Below, one piece after another: positions 40,501 to 45,144 of a stretch of 45,144 nucleotides of DNA. Source of the DNA: Pseudomonadota bacterium. Lineage in GTDB: Bacteria; Desulfobacterota; Desulfobacteria; Desulfobacterales; JBDRRP01. The first letter of the stretch is position 1. The number at the start of each line of letters is the position of its first letter. The notes beneath the pieces were generated by a model. That model saw only the letters and a program-made list of their open reading frames with translations, was not told where the DNA came from and ran no database searches. The position numbers were made by a program, and so were the translations under genes. The stretch lies in assembly GCA_043825735.1 (NCBI GenBank), contig JBDRRP010000134.1, forward strand, positions 1-45,144. Direction: 5' to 3'.

Positions 40501-41299
40501 CAAAATGGATCCCTCCCAGATCGATCAGATTCTGGCCAACCTGTGCGTCAATGCCAGGGATGCCATCGACGGGGTGGGCAAAGTCACCATCGAAACGCGC
40601 AAAGCTGTTTTCGACAATGCCTGCTGTGCCGAACATAGGGGGTTTTCCCCTGGTGAATATGTGATGCTGGCGGTGAGTGATAACGGTGACGGCATGGACA
40701 AAGCGACCATGGGCAAGATCTTCGAACCCTTTTTCACCACCAAGGGCTTGGGCCAGGGCACCGGACTGGGGTTGGCCACAGTCTACGGCATCGTCAAGCA
40801 GAACGAAGGCTTCATCAATGTGTACAGCGAACCAGGCCATGGCTCGACCTTCAAGATTTACCTGCCCCGGTATGCAGACCGAACCCGTCAAGAACCAAAA
40901 GCAAGCCCTGATCCTCAAGACCTGAGCGGTCATGAAACCATTCTGGTGGCGGAAGATGAGGTTCTGAGTTTAGAATTGCTGGAGCAGGTGCTTAAAGGCT
41001 ACGGATATCAAGTATTGGCCGCATCTTCTCCAGGCGAGGCGCTTCTTGCAGCCAAAAAGCACACCGGTAAGATCCACCTGCTGCTGACCGATCTGATCAT
41101 GCCTGAAATGAACGGGCGGAATCTGGCGAAGGAGATGGCCGCGCTTTACCCCGGCATTTTGTGCCTGTTCATGTCCGGTTACACGGACGACGTCATCGTT
41201 CACCATGGTGTTCTTGACGAGGGTGTCCAGTTTATTCAAAAGCCGTTTTCAAAACAGGCCCTGGCCGCCAAGGTCCGTGAGGTGATAGACGCCGATTAG
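37589..41299 (+). CDS. Large CckA-like hybrid kinase (REC-GAF-PAS-GAF-PAS-PAS-HisKA-HATPase-REC)
   Basis: Domain motifs as named plus AHDFNNML. N-terminal REC and C-terminal part closely paralogous to 33499-35814. The ORF is open from 37562. Confidence 0.92.
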   Translation: MTPLINIVHLENDPSDAELVRATLAEAGLACRITIAQTRDEFETALRDGGMDIILADYRLPVYDGMSALRQSQEVRPEVPFIFVSGTMGEEMAIAALTRGAVDYVLKTNLSRLAPAVHRALAEARNRREHRQAQAALQRANRINAARLRLMQFAVTHTLDELLEETVNEAEKVTESLIGFFHFVDDDQQSLTLQNWSTRTKAQFCKARGKGLHYPIADAGVWVDCVRERKPVIHNDYASLIHRRGLPEGHAEVIRELAVPVMRGEKIKAILGVGNKATDYSQKDVQALSLLADLVWEITERKQAETALAAREHEFRTLAENLPDNIVRYDRKGRAVYINPVLEKTLGVAAADRIGMRVREFHTDGSYEVYAQAVDRVLTSGENSGFEFILPAAGKAPPVYQMRMIAERNEHGEVTGVLAISRDITERKQAERERVATLKFFENMDRVNRAIQGADDFEKVMQDLLDVVLSIFDSDRAFLVFPCDPESPTWTSPMERHKPEYPGLADLKIEMPMDAQIAKKHRILLSADGPVAFGPGAPYGLPEDVSKQFGINSMLAMAIYPNTGRPWEFGIHQCGYARVWTAEEIRLFEAIGRRLADSLSSLLSHRDLCQNEEFLDNVVEHIPNMIFIKDAQTLRFVRFNSAGEQLLGYAREELLGKSDYDFFPKEEADFFTAKDREVLDTRALVDIPEESIRTRNNEERILHTQKIPLLDEAGAPQYLLGISEDITERKQAEASIRKLSQAIEQGPVSIVITDAAGSIEFVNAKFTQITGYTSAEALNQNPRFLKSGETPAEEYKRLWETISSGSVWHGEFHNRKKNGEMFWERITIAPVKDADNVITNYVAVKEDISERKKLEEQLRQTQKMEAVGQLAGGVAHDFNNMLGVIIGYAELALTRADLDDALRNNLERIHAAALRSTEITRQLLGFARKQTITPKILDLNEVVEEMLKLIRRLIGEDIDLLWLPGATIGAVKMDPSQIDQILANLCVNARDAIDGVGKVTIETRKAVFDNACCAEHRGFSPGEYVMLAVSDNGDGMDKATMGKIFEPFFTTKGLGQGTGLGLATVYGIVKQNEGFINVYSEPGHGSTFKIYLPRYADRTRQEPKASPDPQDLSGHETILVAEDEVLSLELLEQVLKGYGYQVLAASSPGEALLAAKKHTGKIHLLLTDLIMPEMNGRNLAKEMAALYPGILCLFMSGYTDDVIVHHGVLDEGVQFIQKPFSKQALAAKVREVIDAD

Positions 41300-41361
41300 G
41301 CGATGAAACATAGTAGGCTGGAGAAATATTGCAGGCTACCGTGGTTACTCTGGAGGCGATC

Positions 41362-41484
41362 ATGAAATTTTTTAACTCACTTAAAGACATTATGACCATA
41401 AATTCGATCCTTGATATTGAACAGCGTATTTCGGGAATTGATTATTTGAAGAAGTTAGAAGCTATCTCAAAACCTCTTAGGTAG
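41362..41484 (+). pseudogene. 5' stub of an AT-rich gene interrupted by the IS5 element
   Basis: RBS GGAGG, then MKFFNSLKDIMTINSILDIEQRISGIDYLKK reading into the IS end and stopping inside it. Confidence 0.4.
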
Positions 41485-41884
41485 TGGTGCTCGAATTATT
41501 TAACACAATATATAGTATATTCAATATGTTATAAAACTAGACATCCCTCGCATTTTTGTGTATTAGGCTATTGGAGGTGCTCCGATGCCCAAATACACTG
41601 GCTTCATAAATGACAAGCACTGGGAAATGCTGGAACCACTGCTTCCCAAAACCAAACCCAATCCGAAGGGTGGCCGTCCCCCGGCCGGTAACCGCGAAGT
41701 TCTTGGAGGTATTTTGTGGATATTGCGGACCGGCGCACGATGGCAGGATCTTCCCGATCGATATCCAAGTCCATCCACCTGTTGGCGACGACTACGGCTT
41801 TGGGTGGACCAGGGGGTTTTGCTCGATGTGTGGCGTAAGTTTCTGTCAATATAAGATGAAAAGCATCTAATAGACTGGCTATAG
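41455..41884 (+). mobile_element. IS5-family remnant (left end plus truncated DUF4096 transposase N-terminus from 41585)
   Basis: DKHWEMLEPLLP...GGRP...REVLGGILWILRTGARWQDLP..YPSPSTCWRR. TAA at 41852-41854, then DEKHLIDW, then loss of similarity. No DDE part. Confidence 0.85.
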
Positions 41885-42120
41885 GTTCTCTCCTTAATAT
41901 CCCTTCTTTCCTACCAAAAATCTCACGATAACTTACCAATCAGTGAGACCTCCTGGTAACCGATATTAAGAATTATTGGGTAAACGCGGCTGCGACGGGC
42001 ATGGGACTGGCGCGCCTGCTACGGACCTGGCAGTAATGAACGCATTGCCGTGGCGCGTTATGAATGCCGCAACCCGGCCCCCCGCTGCGCTGCGTGACAA
42101 GCACCCGCAATGGACGCCGA

Positions 42121-42398
42121 TACCTTCCCAGCGTTCCACCACCAACCACGTGGTGCGCTCCAACATCGCTTTATCAGCCAACTCTCAGCGTGCCGGGCGA
42201 TTTTCTGACTTCGCCATGAATGAGCAAAGCTCGTCACAACACCCCGCCGAATCGAGTTCGTTATCCTGCGGACCGCTGGTTCGCTTCCGGTTGCTCTCCA
42301 TCCCACCTCACGGTGACGCAGTTACCTTCAGCTACGGGGCCTTGGCTTACCCCGACACGGACTCACACCGTGCCAATATGGCGCCTTCACAGGCGCAC
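42121..42398 (-). ncRNA. 5' fragment (domain I region) of a bacterial group II intron
   Basis: Minus strand begins GTGCGCCTGTGAAGGCGC (GUGYG 5' splice site) and continues GTAGCTGAAGGTAACTGCGTC...GAGCAACCGGAAGCGAA...AACGAACTCGATTCGGCGG. No RT ORF or domain V seen. The lower boundary is approximate. Confidence 0.75.
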
Positions 42399-42496
42399 TC
42401 ATCCCGGCGAAAGCCGGGATCCCGGAATTTCGAATACTTCTATACTCCGGCCTTCCACCGTCGGCAAGGCTTCGGCGGACAGGCCGCCGGAGTGAT
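42399..42496. repeat. REP-like two-hairpin element with a nested palindrome
   Basis: Hairpin ATCCCGGC-GAAA-GCCGGGAT (42401-42420). Second arms ACTCCGGC...GCCGGAGT (42444-42493) enclose an extra ~34-bp palindromic piece containing CCGTCGGCAAGGCTTCGGCGGACAGG. Confidence 0.7.
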
Positions 42497-42537
42497 GGCG
42501 CTTGAAACTTTACGGGGCCATCGATTTTCTACCGCCT

Positions 42538-42731
42538 TCATTTTTCCGGCACGCCCCCTATCCAAAAAATTGGACGAATCCAGCAATTCGGACTTCTTTG
42601 GTCCATAGCTTTGGACTACCCTCTTTCTAACCATGCGCCGGCGCCGCCTGGTTTCCTTCAATATGCTGTAATAAAATACAATACACACGATAGTGCATAT
42701 AGAAGCCCCTTTGGCAAAGGATTTGCAATCT
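42538..42731 (+). promoter_or_regulatory. Sigma54 promoter cassette copy B
   Basis: ATCCA-N6-TGGAC, ATCCA-N6-CGGAC and GTCCA-N6-TGGAC (42560-42616), then TGGCAAAGGATTTGCA (42712-42727). Homologous to copy A along its length. Confidence 0.82.
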
Positions 42732-42789
42732 CTTAGGTGGCAGCAAGGAGCAACTTGCATTGGTATAAGTATTTAGAGGAAGGGCAAAA

Positions 42790-43161
42790 ATGAAAGTCAT
42801 ATTTTATTCTACAACAATGAACGGGTGCATCGATAGATTGAAGCCCATGTTGCTCTCGCTGGTATCAGAGAAGCACATGGCGTTCACTAATGACATTGAA
42901 GATTTCACACGTGCACTTGTCAAATACCGACCCGTTAGGCCGATTGTGGTGATTCATGTCAACAGCGATGAGGATGTTGCCGAAGTCAAAGAACTGGATA
43001 ACATGTTGGACGATCTGTTTCTGATCATCATTACCGAAAACGATAGTAAGGCGGTGCTTATGAGCTGTCGCCGGCTCTATCCAAGATGGCTGAGCCATGC
43101 TGATGACGATCTCGGGATTGTTACTGCCGTGATTGAAAAACGGTTGGCTGATCACGGTTAA
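42790..43161 (+). CDS. Hypothetical 123-aa alpha/beta protein, possibly a degenerate receiver domain
   Basis: RBS GAGGAAGG. Hydrophobic strands VIFYS, IVVIHV and FLIIIT are spaced like a REC fold, but there is no acidic pair, phospho-Asp or KP motif. Confidence 0.65.
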   Translation: MKVIFYSTTMNGCIDRLKPMLLSLVSEKHMAFTNDIEDFTRALVKYRPVRPIVVIHVNSDEDVAEVKELDNMLDDLFLIIITENDSKAVLMSCRRLYPRWLSHADDDLGIVTAVIEKRLADHG

Positions 43162-43224
43162 AACAATTCCAGAACAGTATCCATCATTTAATACACCATG
43201 AAATTCGGAAAAGGAGACATTGAA

Positions 43225-45144
43225 ATGAAACTCTCAAGATTGATGACAATTGCCTGGGTGCTGCTTGCTGGCTTTGTACTGACAACAAACATTCAGGCGG
43301 CCTCGAAGCCGCCTCCGGAACAGGTCCTTCAGATGCTCGTCGAGGGCAATCAGCGATTTGCTGAAGGAAAATCCATTCATCCGCATACCGGTAATGACAG
43401 ACTCCACCAGGCCGGGACACAAAACCAGGGGGACCATGCTTATGCAACCATAATTAGCTGCTCTGATTCCAGGGTGCCGGTGGAGCGGATATTTGACGCC
43501 GGTGTGATGGACATTTTTACCATTCGCGTGGCCGGCAATGTAGTCGATACGGACGAGGCCGGATCCATTGAATATGGCCTGGCGCATGTCCACACGCCGG
43601 TGATGGTCGTTCTCGGGCATACCCAGTGCGGTGCGGTGACGGCCGTAGCCCGTTCGATCCATGGCAAAGGCCATGCCCTTGAGATCAATATCCCGCCACT
43701 GGTAGACAATATCGAGCCGGCGGTAAAGCGGGCGATGGCACAGCATCCCGGCATCCACGGTGACGACATTATCCCGCACGCGATCGTTGAAAATGTCTGG
43801 CAGGGCGTCGAGGACCTTTTCACTAAGAGCCCCGCAACGCGAAATCTTGTCAATAGCGGCACGGTTAAAGTCGTCGGTGCTATTTATAATGTGGGCACCG
43901 GCCGGGTCGAATGGCTGCCGGAGCTACCGGTGGCCCAAATTCTCAAAAAGGTTGAAGCGAACCCGCAGCGGCAGCTCAATGCCATGGCCGGCGGGCATGG
44001 CGATGGAGTCGCGCACACGCCCCATGCCGGCGCCGCATCCCACGCCGGCGTCAGCCAGGCAGACCGGGAGGCGGTCGTCGGTATCCTGAGAACATTGGGA
44101 AATGACCATCAGGCAGCCGCAACCTACCAGAAGAAAATCTCAGACGCAGGCCACACGAACACCGGTTTCTTTATTCTGGGGCTGGTGGTGTTGCTCGTTT
44201 CAATCGGCCTGACCATTTTCTACGCCCGCGGCAAGGATGAGCATGGCGTTACCCGCCTGCAAAAAAGCCTGGGGGCCAAACTGGTGGCCAGTTTTTCCGT
44301 CATTGTCCTGCTGCTGGCAGGTTCGGCCATTTACGCCCTGGTCGCCATAAGCGGCATCGGCGATGAAATTGCGGAGCTTGCCGAAGAGGTCATTCCCGTA
44401 ACGGACAGAGTATCAACAGTAGGAACGCTGATGCTCGAACAGGCCGTGAACCTGGAGCGTACGTATCGTTTTGGTGAAGAAGCGGGTGCGCATGCCAAAG
44501 AGGGCTTTGAAAAAAGTGTCGCAGCGTTCGAGCATTTCGGCAAAGAGGTCGGCCGGGAACTGGCGGCCGGTATCAAGCTGCTCGAGGAACTACCCGCTCA
44601 CAATGCCGAAGGTGCCCAGACAATGGTTGAAAGCTTGAATGCACTGGCCACCATAAACGACCACCACCACAAATATGAAATACTCGGCCTGAAGGTCATT
44701 GAACTTTTGAAAGCGGGCATGACGGGGCAGGCCCGGCTGCTCGAAGAAGCTGTCGAACAAGCCCAGGATAACCTCGCTCATGAAATCGAGGCTTTTGTTG
44801 CCGAGATGCACAAGCGCTCCGAAGGGGCGGCCCATAAAGCTGAAATGGATGAAAAAAGGGCCGCCAAAATTATCTGGATTATATCTCTTATGGCTGTTGT
44901 CGCGGCTTTTTCTATCGCCGTCCTTAATACCCGATCGATCATTAACCCCATCAACCGGGTTATTGCAGGTCTCAACGAGGGCGCCGAGCAGGTGGCGTCG
45001 GCCTCGAGCCAGGTCTCCACGGCCAGCCAGTCCCTGGCCGAAGGCGCCTCCGAGCAGGCGGCCTCCATCGAGGAGACCTCCTCCTCCCTGGAAGAGATGT
45101 CTTCCATGACGCGCCAGAACGCCGACAACGCCACCCAAGCCGAT
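43225..45144 (+). CDS. Beta-carbonic anhydrase / methyl-accepting chemotaxis protein fusion (3'-incomplete, >=640 aa)
   Basis: Hand translation from ATG 43225 (RBS AAGGAG) finds no stop to the window end. Order: signal peptide; beta-CA (EGNQRF, C79-S-D81-S-R83, IRVAGNV, GSIEYG, LGH132TQC135GAV, GAIYNVGTG); His-rich linker; TM; basic loop; TM; helical LBD; TM; MCP coil (GAEQVASASSQVS...SLAEGASEQAASIEETSSSLEEM). Confidence 0.92.
   Translation, partial: MKLSRLMTIAWVLLAGFVLTTNIQAASKPPPEQVLQMLVEGNQRFAEGKSIHPHTGNDRLHQAGTQNQGDHAYATIISCSDSRVPVERIFDAGVMDIFTIRVAGNVVDTDEAGSIEYGLAHVHTPVMVVLGHTQCGAVTAVARSIHGKGHALEINIPPLVDNIEPAVKRAMAQHPGIHGDDIIPHAIVENVWQGVEDLFTKSPATRNLVNSGTVKVVGAIYNVGTGRVEWLPELPVAQILKKVEANPQRQLNAMAGGHGDGVAHTPHAGAASHAGVSQADREAVVGILRTLGNDHQAAATYQKKISDAGHTNTGFFILGLVVLLVSIGLTIFYARGKDEHGVTRLQKSLGAKLVASFSVIVLLLAGSAIYALVAISGIGDEIAELAEEVIPVTDRVSTVGTLMLEQAVNLERTYRFGEEAGAHAKEGFEKSVAAFEHFGKEVGRELAAGIKLLEELPAHNAEGAQTMVESLNALATINDHHHKYEILGLKVIELLKAGMTGQARLLEEAVEQAQDNLAHEIEAFVAEMHKRSEGAAHKAEMDEKRAAKIIWIISLMAVVAAFSIAVLNTRSIINPINRVIAGLNEGAEQVASASSQVSTASQSLAEGASEQAASIEETSSSLEEMSSMTRQNADNATQAD

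Noticed and set aside
41976..42608. 210-aa ORF
   Set aside because: It runs antisense across the intron RNA, the REP-like element and the enhancer, and has no protein-like features.

Overview
This is a GC-rich bacterial window whose gene content resembles a Desulfobacterales/Desulfosarcina-like deltaproteobacterium (inference). It has five zones. (1) 0.1-4.3 kb: a peptidoglycan-binding/M15 peptidase, YheU, a small membrane protein and two convergent MFS transporters. (2) 4.36-7.89 kb: mobile-DNA remnants (5'-truncated PfpI, DUF4143 fragment, phage-like genes, doubly truncated tyrosine integrase, dead ISL3) around an intact PemK/MazF toxin-antitoxin pair. (3) 8.1-11.2 kb: an Rrf2-cydAB (cytochrome bd) operon. 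(4) 11.7-41.3 kb: a ~30 kb co-oriented signalling island. Five kinases plus one dead remnant share a near-identical FilI/Cph1-like transmitter behind different sensor arrays. They are interleaved with three solute-binding proteins that have no transporter here, a stand-alone MEDS protein and a beta-propeller hybrid kinase. One Rcp1-like regulator, two CckA-like hybrid kinases and an NtrC-family activator follow. (5) 41.3-45.1 kb: IS5 and group II intron remnants, then a second copy of a ~195-bp sigma54 enhancer-promoter cassette. That copy sits upstream of a receiver-like protein and a >=640-aa ORF that the ORF track misses because it runs off the window. This ORF fuses an exported beta-carbonic anhydrase with intact Zn ligands to a chemoreceptor (sensor, transmembrane helices and the start of the MCP signalling domain). 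The CA-chemoreceptor fusion with its duplicated sigma54 cassette is the most striking element. No rRNA, tRNA or CRISPR array was recognised.
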